This document shows positions 41,901-56,400 of a stretch of DNA of 64,000 nt, piece by piece. The translations under genes and the position numbers were made by a program. Position 1 is the stretch's first letter. Every line of letters starts with the position of its first letter. Source of the DNA: Eledone cirrhosa (lineage: Eukaryota); assembly GCA_964016885.1 (NCBI GenBank), contig OZ024743.1, positions 140,058,001-140,122,000 of the forward strand. The letters run 5' to 3'. The notes beneath the pieces are model-generated. The model was not told the DNA's origin. It worked only from the letters and a program-made list of their open reading frames with translations, and did not search any database.

Positions 41901-44900
41901 TTATCTCCCCCTTTTTTTTTTACAAATTATTTCCCCCTGATTTTTTTACAAATTATCTCCCCCTGATTTTTTTTACAAATTATCTCCGCCTGATTTTTTT
42001 TTAAAAATTATCTCCCCTTGGACGGCTGGAAATTATCTCCCCTTGGACGGCTGGAAATTATCTCCCCTTGGACGGTTAGAAATTACCTCTCCTTGGACGG
42101 CTGAAAATTATCTCCCCTTGGACGGCTGGAAATTATCTCCCCTTGGACGGCTGGAAATTATCTCCCCTTGCACTGCTGGAAATTATCTCCCCTTGGACGG
42201 CTGGAAATTATCTGCCCTTGATTTTGTTTTTACAAATTATCTTCCCCTGATTTTTTTTTCAAATTATCTCCACCTGATTTTTTAAAAAATTATCTCCCCT
42301 TGGACGGCTGGAAATTATCTCCCCTTGGACGGCTAGAAATTATCTCTCTTTGGACGGCTGGAAATTATCTCCTCTTAATTTTTTTTACAAATTATCTCCC
42401 CCTGATTTTTTTTACAAATCTCCCAGTGATTTTTTTAAAAAAATTATCTCCCCTTCGCTGGCTGGAAATTATCTCCCCTTGGACGGCTAGAAATTATCTC
42501 TCTTTGGACGGTTGGAAATTATCTCCCCTTGATTTTTTTTACAAATTATCTCCCCCTGATTTTTTTTTACAAATTATCTCCCCCTGATTTTTTTTACAAA
42601 TTAGCTCCCCTTGGATGGCTGGAAATTATCTCCCCTTCGAGGCTGGAATTTATCTTCCCTTGGACGGCTAGAAATTACCTCTCCTTGGACGGCTGGAAAT
42701 TATGTCTCCTTGGACGGCTGGAAATTATCTCCCCTTGGACGGCTGGAAATTATCTCCCCTTGGACGGCTGGAAATTATCTCCCCTTGGACGGCTAGATAT
42801 TACCTCTCCTTGGACGGCTGGAAATTATCTGCCCTTGGACGGCTGGAAATTATCTCCCCTTGGACGGCTGGAAATTATTTCCCCTTGATTTTTTTTACAG
42901 ATTATCTCCCCCTGATTTTTTTTTACAAATCTCCCCCTAATTTAAAAAAAAATTATCTCCCCTTCGCTGGCTGGAAATTATCTTCCTTTGGACGGCTGGA
43001 AATTATAGCCGCTTGTAGGGCTGGAAATTATCTCCCCTTGGACGGCTGGAAATTATCTCCCCTTGATTTCTTCTACAAAGTATCTACCCCTGATTTTTTT
43101 TTTACAAATTATTTCTCCCTGATTTTTTTTTACAAATATCTCCCCTTGGCTGGCTGGAAATTACCTCCCCTTGGCTGGCTGGAAATTATCTCCCCCTGAT
43201 ATTTTTTTACAAATTAGCTCCGCCTGATTTTTTTTAAAAATTATCTCCCCTTGGACGGCTGGAAATTATCTCCCCTTGGACGGCTGGAAATTATCTCCCC
43301 TTGAACGGCTAGAAATTACCTCTCCTTGGACGGCTGAAAATTATCTCCCCTTGGACGGCTGGAAATTATCTCCCCTTGATTTTTTTACAAATTATCTCCC
43401 CCTGATTTTTTTTTACAAATTATCTCCCCCTGATTTTTTTTTCCAAATTATCTACCCCTGATTTTTTTTTACAAATTATCTCCCCCTGTTTTTTTTTACA
43501 AATTATTTCCCCCTGATTTTTTTACAAATTATCTCCCCCTGATTTTTTTTTTACAAATTATCTCCCCCTGATTTTTTTACAAATTATCTCCCCCTGATTT
43601 TTTTTACAATCTCCGCCTGATTTTTTTAAAAATTATCTTCCCTTGGCTGGCGGGAAATTATCTCCCCTTGGACGGCTGGAAATTATCTCCCCTTGCACGG
43701 CTGGAAATTATCTCCCCTTGGACAGCTGGAAATTATCTGCCCTTGATTTTGTTTTTACAAATTATCTCCCCCTGATTTTTTTTACAAATTATCTCCACCT
43801 GATTTTTTTAAAAATTATCTCGCCTTGGACGGCTGGAAATTATCTCCCCTTGGCTGGAAATTATCTCCCCTTGGGCGGCTAGAAATTATCTCTCTTTGGA
43901 CGGCTGGAAATTATCTCCCTTTGATTTTTTTACAAATTATCTCCCTCTGATTTTTTTTACAAATCTCCCCCTGATTTTTTGAAAAAAAATTATCTCCCCT
44001 TCGCTAGCTGGAAATTATCTCCCCTTGGACACTGGAAATTATAGCCCCTTGGAGGGCTGGAAATTATCTTCCCTTGGACAGCTGGAAATTATCTCCCCTT
44101 GATTTTTTTTACAAATTATCTACCCCTGATTTTTTTTTACAAATTATCTCCCCCTGATTTTTTTTTTTACAAATTATCTCCCCCTGTTTTTTGACAAATT
44201 ATCTCCCCCTGATTTATTTTACAAATTATCTCCGCCTGACTTTTTAAAATATTATCTTCCCTTGGCTGGCGGGAAATAATCTCCCCTTGGACGGCTGGAA
44301 ATTATCTCCCGTTGGAAGGATGGAAATTATCTCCCCTTGGACGGCTGGAAATTATCTGACCTTGATTTTGTTTTTACAAATTATCTCCCCCTGATTTTTT
44401 TTACAAATTATCTCCTTCTGATTTTTGAAAAGATTATCTCCCCTTCGCTGGCTGGCAATTATCTCCCCTTGGACGCTGGAAATTATAGCCCCCTGATTTT
44501 TTTACAAATTATCTCCCCCAGATTTTTTTTTACAAATTATCTCCACCTGATTTTTTTTTTACAAATTATCTCTCCTTGGACGGCTGGAAATTATCTCCCC
44601 TTGGACGGCTGGAAATTATCTCCCCTTGGACGGCTAGAAATTACCTCTCCTTGGACGGCTGAAAATTATCTCCCCTTGGACGGCTGGAAATTATCTCCCC
44701 TTGATTTTTTTTACAAATTATGTCCCCGTGATTTTTTTTTACAAATTATCTACCTCTGATTTTTTTTTTACAAATTATCTCCCCCTGATTTTTTTTACAA
44801 ATTATCTCCCCCTGATTTTTTTTTTACAAATTATCTCCCCCTGATTTTTTTACAAATTATCTCCCCCTGATTTTTTTACAAATTATCTCCGCCTGATTTT

Positions 44901-47900
44901 TTTAAATATTATCTTCCCTTGGCTGGCGGGAAATTATCTCCCCTTGGACGGCTGGAAATTATCTCCCCTTGGAAGGATGGAAATTATCTCCCCTTGGACG
45001 GCTGGAAATTATCTCCCCTTGCACTGCTGGAAATTATCTCCCCTTGGACGGCTGGAAATTATCTGCCCTTGATTTTGTTTTTACAAATTATCTCCACCTG
45101 ATTTTTTTTTCAAATTATCTCCACCTGATTTTTTAAAAAATTATCTCCCCTTGGACGGCCGGAAATTATCTCCCCTTGGACGGCTAGAAATTATCTCTCT
45201 TTGGAAGGCTGGAAATTATCTCCTCTTGATTTTTTTTACAAATTATCTCCCCCTGATTTTTTTTACAAATCTCCCAGTGATTTTTTTTTAAAAAATTATC
45301 TCCCCTTCGCTGGCTGGAAATTATTTCCCCTTGGACGGCTAGAAATTATCTCTCTTTGGACGGCTGGAAATTATCTCCCCTTGATTTTTTTTACAAATTA
45401 TCTCCCCCTGATTTTTTTTTACAAATTACCTCCCCCTGATTTTTTTTTACAAATTATCTCCCCCTGATTTTTTTTACAAATTATCTCCCCTTGGACGGCT
45501 GGAAATTATCTCCCCTTGGCTGGAAAATATCTCCCCTTGGACGGCTAGAAATTATCTCTCTTTGGACGGCTGGAAATTATCTCCCCTTGATTTTTTTTAC
45601 AAATTATCTCCCCCTGATTTTTTTTACAAATCTCCCAGTGATTTTTTTAAAAAAATTATCTCCCCTTCGCTGGCTGGAAATTATCTCCCCTTGGACAAAT
45701 TATCTGCCCTTGATTTTGTTTTTACAAATTATCTTCCCCTGATTTTTTTTTACAAATTATCTCCCCCTGATTTTTTTTTTACAAATTATCTCCGCCTGAT
45801 TTTTTTTTTAAATTATCTCCCCTTGGACGGCTGGAAATTATCTCCCCTTGGACGGCTGGAAATTATCTCCCCTTGGACGGCTAGAAATTACCTCTCCTTG
45901 GACGGCTGAAAATTATCTCCCCTTGGACGGCTGGAAATTATCTCCCATTGATTTTTTTACAAATTATCTACCCCTGATTTTTTTTTACAAATTATCTCCC
46001 CCTGATTTTTTTTACAAATTATCTCCCCCTGATTTTTTTACAAATTATCTCCCCCTGATTTTTTTTACAAATTATCTCCGCCTGATTTTTTAAAATATTA
46101 TCTTCCCTTGGCTGGCGGGAAATTATCTCCCCTTTGACGGCTGGAAATTATCTCCCCTTGGAAGGATGGAAATTATCTCCCCTTGGACGCTGGAAATTAT
46201 AGCCCCTTGGAGGGCTGGAAATTATCTTCCCTTGGCCGGCTGGAAATTATCTCCCCTTGATTTTTTTTACAAATTATCTCCCCCTGATTTTTTTTTACAA
46301 ATTATCTCCCCCTGATTTTTTTTTACAAATTATCTCCCCCTGATTTTTTTTACAAATTATCTCCGCCTGATTTTTTTTAAAAAATTATCTCCCCTTGGAC
46401 GGCTGGAAATTATCTCCCCTTGGACGGCTGGAAATTATCTCCCCTTGGACGGCTAGAAATTACCTCTCCTTGGACGGCTGAAAATTATCTCCCCTTGGAC
46501 GGCTGGAAATTATCTCCCCTTGGACGGCTGGAAATTATCTCCCCTTGCACTGCTGGAAATTATCTCCCCTTGGACGGCTGGAAATTATCTGCCCTTGATT
46601 TTGTTTTTACAAATTATCTTCCCCTGATTTTTTTTTCAAATTATCTCCACCTGATTTTTTAAAAAATTATCTCCCCTTGGACGGCTGGAAATTATCTCCC
46701 CTTGGACGGCTAGAAATTATCTCTCTTTGGACGGCTGGAAATTATCTCCTCTTAATTTTTTTTACAAATTATCTCCCCCTGATTTTTTTTACAAATCTCC
46801 CAGTTATTTTTAAAAAAAAATTATCTCCCCTTCGCTGGCTGGAAATTATCTCCCCTTGGACGGCTAGAAATTATCTCTCTTTGGACGGCTGGAAATTATC
46901 TCCCCTTGATTTTTTTTACAAATTATCTCCCCCTGATTTTTTTTTACAAATTATCTCCCCCTGATTTTTTTTTACAAATTATCTCCCCTTGATTTTTTTT
47001 TACTAATTATCTCCCCCTGATTTTTTTTACAAATTAGCTCCCCTTGGCTGGCTGGAAATTATCTCCCCTTCGAGGCTGGAATTTATCTTCCCTTCGACGG
47101 CTAGAAATTACCTCTCCTTGGACGGCTGGAAATTATGTCTCCTTGGACGGCTGGAAATTATCTCCCCTTGGACGGCTGGAAATTATCTCCCCTTGGACGG
47201 CTGGAAATTATCTTCCCTTGGACGGCTAGATATTACCTCTCCTTGGACGGCTGGAAATTATCTGCCCTTGGACGGCTGGAAATTATCTCCCCTTGGACGG
47301 CTGGAAATTATTTCCCCTTGATTTTTTTTACAGATTATCTCCCCCTGATTTTTTTTTACAAATCTCCCCCTAATTTAAAAAAAAATTATCTCCCCTTCGC
47401 TGGCTGGAAATTATCTTCCTTTGGACGGCTGGAAATTATAGCCGCTTGTAGGGCTGGAAATTATCTCCCCTTGGACGGCTGGAAATTATCTCCCCTTGAT
47501 TTTTTTTTACAAATTATCTCCGCCTGATTTTTTTAAAAAAATTATCTCCCCTTGGCTGGATGGAAATTATCTCCCCTTGGACGGCTGGAAATTATCTCCC
47601 CTTGATTTCTTCTACAAAGTATCTACCCCTGATTTTTTTTTTACAAATTATTTCTCCCTGATTTTTTTTTACAAATATCTCCCCTTGGCTGGCTGGAAAT
47701 TACCTCCCCTTGGCTGGCTGGAAATTATCTCCCCCTGATATTTTTTTACAAATTAGCTCCCCCTGATTTTTTTTTACAAATTATCTCCCCCTGATTTTTT
47801 TCACAAATTATCTCCCCCTGATTTTTTTTACAAATTATCTCCCCTGATTTGAAAAAAAAAATTATCTCCCCTTGGACGGCTGGAAATTATCTCCCCTTGA

Positions 47901-50900
47901 CGGCTATAAATTATCTCTCCTTCGACGGCTGGAAATTATCTCCCCTTGATTTTTTTACAAATTATCTCCCCCTGATTTTTTTTTACCAATCTACCCCTGA
48001 TTTAAAAAAAAAATTATCTCCCCTTCGCTGGCTGGAAATTATCTCCCCTTGGACGGCTGGAAATTATCTCCCCTTGGAAGGATGGAAATTATCTCCCCTT
48101 GGACGGCTGGAAATTATCTCCCCTTGCACGGCTGGAAATTATCTCCCCTTGGACGGCTAGAAATTACCTCTCCTTGGACGGCTGAAAATTATCTCCCCTT
48201 GGACGGCTGGAAATTATCTCCCCCTGATTTTTTTTAAAAATTATCTCCCCTTGCACGGCTGGAAATTATCTCCCCTTGGACGGCTGGAAATTATCTGCCC
48301 TTGATTTTGTTTTTACAAATTATCTCCCCCTGATTTTTTTTACAAATTATCTCCACCTGATATTTAAAAAAATTATCTCCCCTTGGACGGCTGGAAATTA
48401 TCTCCCCTTGGCTGGAAATTATCTCCCCTTGGACGGCTAGAAATTATCTCTCTTTGGACGGCTGGAAATTATCTACCCTTGATTCTTTTTACAAATTATC
48501 TCCCCCTGATTTTTTTTACAAATCTCCCAGTGATTTTTTAAAAAAAATTGTCTCCCCTTCGCTGGCTGGAAATTATCTCCCCTTGGACGCTGGAAATTAT
48601 AGCCCCTTGGAGGCTGGAAATTATCTTCCCTTGGACGGCTGGAAATTATCTCCCCTTGATTTTTTTTACAAATTATCTCCCCCTGATTTTTTTTTACAAA
48701 TTATCTTCCCCTGATTTTTTTTTACAAATTATCTCCGCCTGATTTTTTTTTTAAAATTATCTCCCCTTGGACGGCTGGAAATTATCTCCCCTTGGACGGC
48801 TGGAAATTATCTCCCCTTTGACGGCTAGAATTTACCTCTCCTTGGACGGCTGAAAATTATCTCCCCTTGATTTTTTTTACAAATTATCTCCCCCTGATTT
48901 TTTTTTTTTCAAATTATCTCCCCCTGATTTTATTTTACATATTATCTACCCCTGATTTTTTTTTACAAATTATCTCCGCCTGATTTTTTTACAAATTATC
49001 TCCCCCTGATTTTTTTACAAATTATCTCCCCCTGATTTATTTTACAAATTATCTCCGCCTGATTTTTTTAAATATTATCTTCCCTTGGCTGGCGGGAAAT
49101 AATCTCCCCTTGGACGGCTGGAAATTATCTCCCCTTGGAAGGATGGAAATTATCTCCCCTTGGACGGCTGGAAATTATCTCCCCTTGCACGGCTGGAAAT
49201 TATCTCCCCTTGGACGGCTAGAAATTATCTCTCTTAGGACGGCTGGAAATTATCTCCCCTTGATTTTTTTTACAAATTATCTCCCCCTGATTTTTTTTAC
49301 AAATCTCCCAGTGATTTTTTTAAAAAAATAATCTCCCTTTCGCTGGCTGGAAATTATCTCCCCTTGGACGCTGGAAATTATAGCCCCTTGGAGGGCTGGA
49401 TATTATCTTCCCTCGGACGGCTGGAAATTATCTCCCCTTGATTTTTTTTACATATTATCTCCCCCTGATTTTTTTTTACAAATTATCTCCCCGATTTTTT
49501 TTTACAAATTATCTCCCCCTGATTTTTTTTTACAAATTATCTCCGCCTGATTTTTAAAAAAAAATTATCTCCCCTTGGACGGCTGGAAATTATCTCCCCT
49601 TGAAAAGCTGGAAATTATCTCCCCTTGGACGGCTGGAAATTATTTTCCCTTGATTTTTTTTACAAATTATCTCCCCCTGATTTTTTTTACAAATCTCCCC
49701 CTAATTTAAAAATAAATTATCTCCCCTTCGCTGGCTGGAAATTATCTCCCTTTGGACGGCTCGAAATTATAGCTGCTTGTAGGGCTGGAAATTATCTCCC
49801 CTTGGACGGCTGGAAATTATCTCCCCTTGATTTTTTTTACTAATTATCTCCCCCTGATTTTTTTTTACAAATTATCTCCGCCTGATTTTTTTTTTAAAAT
49901 TATCTCCCCTTGGCTGGATGGAAATTTTCTCCCCTTGGACGGCTGGAAATTATCTCCCCTTTATGTCTTCTACAAATTATCTACCCCTGATTTTTTTTTT
50001 ACAAATTATCTCTCCCTGATTTTTTTTACAAATATCTCGCCTTGGCTGGCTGGAAATTATCTCCCCTTGGCTGACTGGAAATTATCTCCCCTTGGACGGC
50101 TGGAAATTATCTCCCCTTGGACGCCTAGAAATTACCTCTCCTTGGACAGCTGTAAATTATCTCCCCTTGGACGGCTGGAAATTATCTCGCCTTGGACGGC
50201 TGGAAATTATCTCCCCTTGATTTTGTATACAAATTATCTCCCCCTGATTTTTTTTTACAAATTATCTGCCCCTGATTATTTTTTTACAAATTAGCAACGC
50301 CTGATTTTTTTTAAAAATTATCTCCCCTTGGACGGCTGGAAATTATCTCCCGTTGGACGGCTGGAAATTATCTCCCCTTGAACGGCTAGAAATTACCTCT
50401 CCTTGGACGGCTGAAAATTATCTCCCCTTGGACGGCTGGAAATTATCTCCCCTTGAATTTTTTACAAATTATCTCCCCTTATTTTTTTTTACAAATTATC
50501 TCCCCCTGATTTTTTTTTACAAATTATCTACCCCTGATTTTTTTTTCCAGATTATCTCCCCCTGATTTTTTTTTACAAATTATCTCCCCCTTTTTTTTTT
50601 ACAAATTATTTCCCCCTGATTTTTTTACAAATTATCTCCCCCTGATTTTTTTTACAAATTATCTCCGCCTGATTTTTTTTTAAAAATTATCTCCCCTTGG
50701 ACGGCTGGAAATTATCTCCCCTTGGACGGCTGGAAATTATCTCCCCTTGGACGGTTAGAAATTACCTCTCCTTGGACGGCTGAAAATTATCTCCCCTTGG
50801 ACGGCTGGAAATTATCTCCCCTTGGACGGCTGGAAATTATCTCCCCTTGCACTGCTGGAAATTATCTCCCCTTGGACGGCTGGAAATTATCTGCCCTTGA

Positions 50901-52250
50901 TTTTGTTTTTACAAATTATCTTCCCCTGATTTTTTTTTCAAATTATCTCCACCTGATTTTTTAAAAAATTATCTCCCCTTGGACGGCTGGAAATTATCTC
51001 CCCTTGGACGGCTAGAAATTATCTCTCTTTGGACGGCTGGAAATTATCTCCTCTTAATTTTTTTTACAAATTATCTCCCCCTGATTTTTTTTACAAATCT
51101 CCCAGTGATTTTTTTAAAAAAATTATCTCCCCTTCGCTGGCTGGAAATTATCTCCCCTTGGACGGCTAGAAATTATCTCTCTTTGGACGGTTGGAAATTA
51201 TCTCCCCTTGATTTTTTTTACAAATTATCTCCCCCTGATTTTTTTTTACAAATTATCTCCCCCTGATTTTTTTTACAAATTAGCTCCCCTTGGATGGCTG
51301 GAAATTATCTCCCCTTCGAGGCTGGAATTTATCTTCCCTTGGACGGCTAGAAATTACCTCTCCTTGGACGGCTGGAAATTATGTCTCCTTGGACGGCTGG
51401 AAATTATCTCCCCTTGGACGGCTGGAAATTATCTCCCCTTGGACGGCTGGAAATTATCTCCCCTTGGACGGCTAGATATTACCTCTCCTTGGACGGCTGG
51501 AAATTATCTGCCCTTGGACGGCTGGAAATTATCTCCCCTTGGACGGCTGGAAATTATTTCCCCTTGATTTTTTTTACAGATTATCTCCCCCTGATTTTTT
51601 TTTACAAATCTCCCCCTAATTTAAAAAAAAATTATCTCCCCTTCGCTGGCTGGAAATTATCTTCCTTTGGACGGCTGGAAATTATAGCCGCTTGTAGGGC
51701 TGGAAATTATCTCCCCTTGGACGGCTGGAAATTATCTCCCCTTGATTTCTTCTACAAAGTATCTACCCCTGATTTTTTTTTTACAAATTATTTCTCCCTG
51801 ATTTTTTTTTACAAATATCTCCCCTTGGCTGGCTGGAAATTACCTCCCCTTGGCTGGCTGGAAATTATCTCCCCCTGATATTTTTTTACAAATTAGCTCC
51901 GCCTGATTTTTTTTAAAAATTATCTCCCCTTGGACGGCTGGAAATTATCTCCCCTTGGACGGCTGGAAATTATCTCCCCTTGAACGGCTAGAAATTACCT
52001 CTCCTTGGACGGCTGAAAATTATCTCCCCTTGGACGGCTGGAAATTATCTCCCCTTGATTTTTTTACAAATTATCTCCCCCTGATTTTTTTTTACAAATT
52101 ATCTCCCCCTGATTTTTTTTTCCAAATTATCTACCCCTGATTTTTTTTTCCAAATTATCTCCCCCTGATTTTTTTTTACAAATTATCTCCCCCTGTTTTT
52201 TTTTACAAATTATTTCCCCCTGATTTTTTTACAAATTATCTCCCCCTGAT
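34850..52250 (+). repeat. Near-perfect ~8.68 kb higher-order tandem duplication (2 copies, boundary ~43530)
   Basis: Identical ORF-track entries offset by 8679-8680: 34964/43643, 35657/44337, 38455/47135, 41147/49827, 42702/51381, 43276/51955. The rare variant AAATTAGCAACGCC occurs at ~41608 and ~50288. Boundaries are approximate. Confidence 0.93.
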
Positions 52251-53449
52251 TTTTTTTACAAATTATCTCCGCCTGATTTTTTTAAATATTATCTTCCCTT
52301 GGCTGGCGGGAAATTATCTCCCCTTGGACGCCTGGAAATTATCTCCCCCTGGAAGGATGGAAATTATCTCCCCTTGGACGGCTGGAAATTATCTCCCCTT
52401 GCACGGCTGGAAATTATCTCCCCTTGGACGGCTAGAAATTACCTCTCCTTGGACGGCTGAAAATTATCTCCCTTTGGACGGCTGAAAATTATCTCCACCT
52501 GAATTTTTTTTACAAATTATCTCCCCTTGCACGGCTGGAATTATCTCCCCCTTGGACGGCTGGAAATTATCTGCCCTTGATTTTGTTTTTACAAATTATC
52601 TCCCCCTGATTTTTTTAACAAATTATCTCCAACTGATATTTAAAAAAATTATCTCCCCTTGGACGGCTGGAAATTATCTCCCCTTGACTGGAAATTATCT
52701 CCCCTTGGACGGCTAGAAATTATCTCTCTTTGGACGGCTGGAAATTATCTCCCCTTGATTTTTTGTACAAATTATCTTCCCCTGATTTTTTTTTACAAAT
52801 CTCCCAGTGATTTTTAAAAAAAAATTATCTCCCCTTCGCTGGCTGGGAATTACCTCCCCTTGACGCTGGAAATTATAGCCCCTTGGAGGGCTGGAAATTA
52901 TCTTACCTTGGACGGCTGGAAATTATCTCCCCTTGATTTTTTTTACATATTATCACCCCTGATTTTTTTTTACAAATTATCTCCCCCTGATTTTTTTTTA
53001 CAATTATCTCCCCCTGATTTTTTTTACAAATTATCTCCCCTTGGCTGGGTGGAAATTATCTCCCCTTGGAGGCTGGAATTTATCTCCCCTTGGACGGCTG
53101 GAAATTATCTCCCCTTGGACGGCTAGAAATTATCTCCCCTTGAACGGCTGGAAATTATCTCCCCTTGGACGACTGGAAATTATCTCCCCTTGGAAGGATG
53201 GAAATTATCTCCCCTTGGACGGCTGGAAATTATCTCCCCTTGCACGGCTGGAAATTATCTTCCCTTGGACGGCTAGAAATTACCTCTCCTTGGACGGCTG
53301 AAAATTATCTCCCCTTGGACGGCTGGAAATTATCTCCCCCTGATTTTTTTTACAAATTATCTCCCCTTGCACGCCTGGAAATTATCTGCCCTTGATTTTG
53401 TTTTTACAAATTATCTCCCCCTGATTTTTTTTACAAATTATCTCCGCCT

Positions 53450-56400
53450 GATTTTTTTAAATATTATCTTCCCTTGGCTGGCGGGAAATTATCTCCCCTT
53501 GGACGCCTGGAAATTATCTCCCCTTGGAAGGATGGAAATTATCTCCCCTTGGACGGCTGGAAATTATCTCCCCTTGCACTGCTGGAAATTATCTCCCCTT
53601 GCACTGCTGGAAATTATCTGCCCTTGATTTTGTTTTTACAAATTATGTTCCCCTGATTTTTTTTACAAATTATCTCCACCTGATTTTTTAAAAAATTATC
53701 TCCCCTTGGACGGCTGGAAATTATCTCCCCTTGGCTGGAAATTATCTCCCCTTGGACGGCTAGAAATTATCTCTCTTTGGACGGCTGGAAATTATCTCCC
53801 CTTGATTTTTTTTACAAATTATCTCCGCCTGATTTTTTTTTATAAATTATCTCCCCCTGATTTTTTTTTCACAAATTATCTCCCCCTGATTTTTTTACAA
53901 ATTATCTCCCCCTGATTTTTTTTACAAATTATCTCCGCCTGATTTTTTTAAATATTATCTTCCCTTGGCTGGCGGGAAATTATCTGCACTTGGACGGCTG
54001 GAAATTATCTCCCTTTGGAAGGATGGAAATTATCTCCCCTTGGACGGCTGGAAATTATCTCCCCTTGCACGGCTGGAAATTATCTCCCCTTGGACGGCTG
54101 GAAATTATCTGCCCTTGATTTTGTTTTTACAAATTATCTTCCCCTGATTTTTTTTACAAATTATCTCCACCTGATTTTTTTAAAAATTATCTCCCCTTGG
54201 ACGGCTGGAAATTATCTCCCCTTGGCTGGAAATTATCTCCCCTTGGACGGCTAGAAATTATCTCTCTTTGGACGGCTGGAAATTATTTCCCCTTGATTCT
54301 TTTTACAAATTATCTCCCCCTGATTTTTTTTTACAAATTATCTCCCTCTGATTTTTTTTTACAACTTATCTCCGCCTGATTATTTTTTAAAAATTATCTC
54401 CCCTTGGACGGCTGGAAATTATCTCCCCTTGGACGGCTGGAAATTATCTCCCATTGATTTTTTTTACAAATTATCTCCCCTTGGCTGGCTGGAAATTATC
54501 TCCCCTTGGCTGGCTGGAAATTATCTCCCCCTGATATTTTTTTACAAATTAGCTCCCCCTGATTTTTTTTTACAAATTATCTCCCCCTGATTTTTTTCAC
54601 AAATTATCTCCCCCTGATTTTTTTTACAAATTATCTCCCCTGATTTAAAAAAAAAAATTATCTCCCCTTGGACGGCTGGAAATTATCTCCCCTTGGACGG
54701 CTGGAAATTATCGCCCCATGATTTTTTTTAACAAATTATCTCCACCTGATTTTTTTTACAAATCATCTCCGCCTGATTTTTTAAAAAAATTATCTCCTTT
54801 GGCTTGCTGGAAATTATCTCCCCTTGGACGGCTATAAATTATCTCTCCTTCGACGGCTGGAAATTATCTCCCCTTGATTTTTTTACAAATTATATCCCCG
54901 TGATTTTTTTTTACCAATCTACCCCTGATTTAAAAAAAAAAATTATCTCCTCTTCGCTGGCTGGAAATTATCTCCCCTTGGACGGCTGGAAATTATCTCC
55001 CCTTGATTTTTTTTACAAATTATCTCCCCCTGATATTTTTTTACAAATTATCTCCCCCTGATTTTTTTTTTTACAAATTATCTCCGCCTGATTTTTTAAA
55101 AATTATCTCCCCTTGGCTGGATGGAAATTATCTCCCCCTGATTTTTTTTACAAATTATCTCCCCTTGCACGGCTGGAAATTATCTCCCCTTTGACGGCTG
55201 GAAATTATCTGCCCTTGATTTTGTTTTTACAAATTATCTCCCCCTGATTTTTTTTACAAATTATCTCCTGATTTTTGAAAAAATTATCTCCCCTTGGACG
55301 GCTGGAAATTATCTCCCGTTGGCTGCAAATTATCTCCCCTTGGACGGCTAGAAATTATCTCTCTTTGGACGGCTGGAAATTATCTCCCCTTGATTTTTTT
55401 TACAAATTATCTCCCCCTGATTTTTTTTACAAATCTCCCAGTGATTTTTAAAATAAAATCATCTCCCCTTCGCTGGCTGGAAATTATCTCCCCTTGGACG
55501 CTGGAAATTATAGCCCCTTGGAGGGCTGGAAATTATCTTCCCTTGGACGGCTGGAAATTATCTCCCCTTGATTTTTTTTACATATTATCTCCCCCTGATT
55601 TTTTTTTACAAATTATCTCCCCGATTTTTTTCTACAAATTATCTCCCCCTGATTTTTTTTTTACAAATTATCTCCGCCTGATTTTTTAAAAAAAATTATC
55701 TCCCCTTGGACGGCTGGAAATTATCTCCCCTTGGACGGCTGGAAATTATCTCCCATTGGACGGCTAGAAATTACCTCTCCTTGGACGGCTGAAAATTATC
55801 TCCCCTTGGACGGCTGGAAATTATCTCCCCTTGATTTTTTTACAAATTATCTCCCCCTGATTTTTTTTTCAAAATTATCTACCCCTGATTTTTTTTCCCA
55901 AATTATCTCCCCCTGATTTTTTTTTACAAATTATCTCCCCCTGTTCTTTTTTACAAATTATTTCCCCCTGATTTTTTTACAAATTATCTCCCCCTGATTT
56001 TTTTTACAAATTATCTTCCCTTGGCTGGCGGGAAATTATCTGCCCTTGGACGCCTGGAAATTATCTCCCCTTGGAAGGATGGAAATTATCTCCCCTTGGA
56101 CGGCTGGAAATTATCTCCCCTTGCACTGCTGGAAATTATCTCCCCTTGCACTGCTGGAAATTATCTGCCCTTGATTTTGTTTTTACAAATTATGTTCCCC
56201 TGATTTTTTTTACAAATTATCTCCACCTGATTTTTTAAAAAATTATCTCCCCTTGGACGGCTGGAAATTATCTCCCCTTGGCTGGAAATTATCTCCCCTT
56301 GGACGGCTAGAAATTATCTCTCTTTGGACGGCTGGAAATTATCTCCCCTTGATTTTTTTTACAAATTATCTCCGCCTGATTTTTTTTTACAAATTATCTC

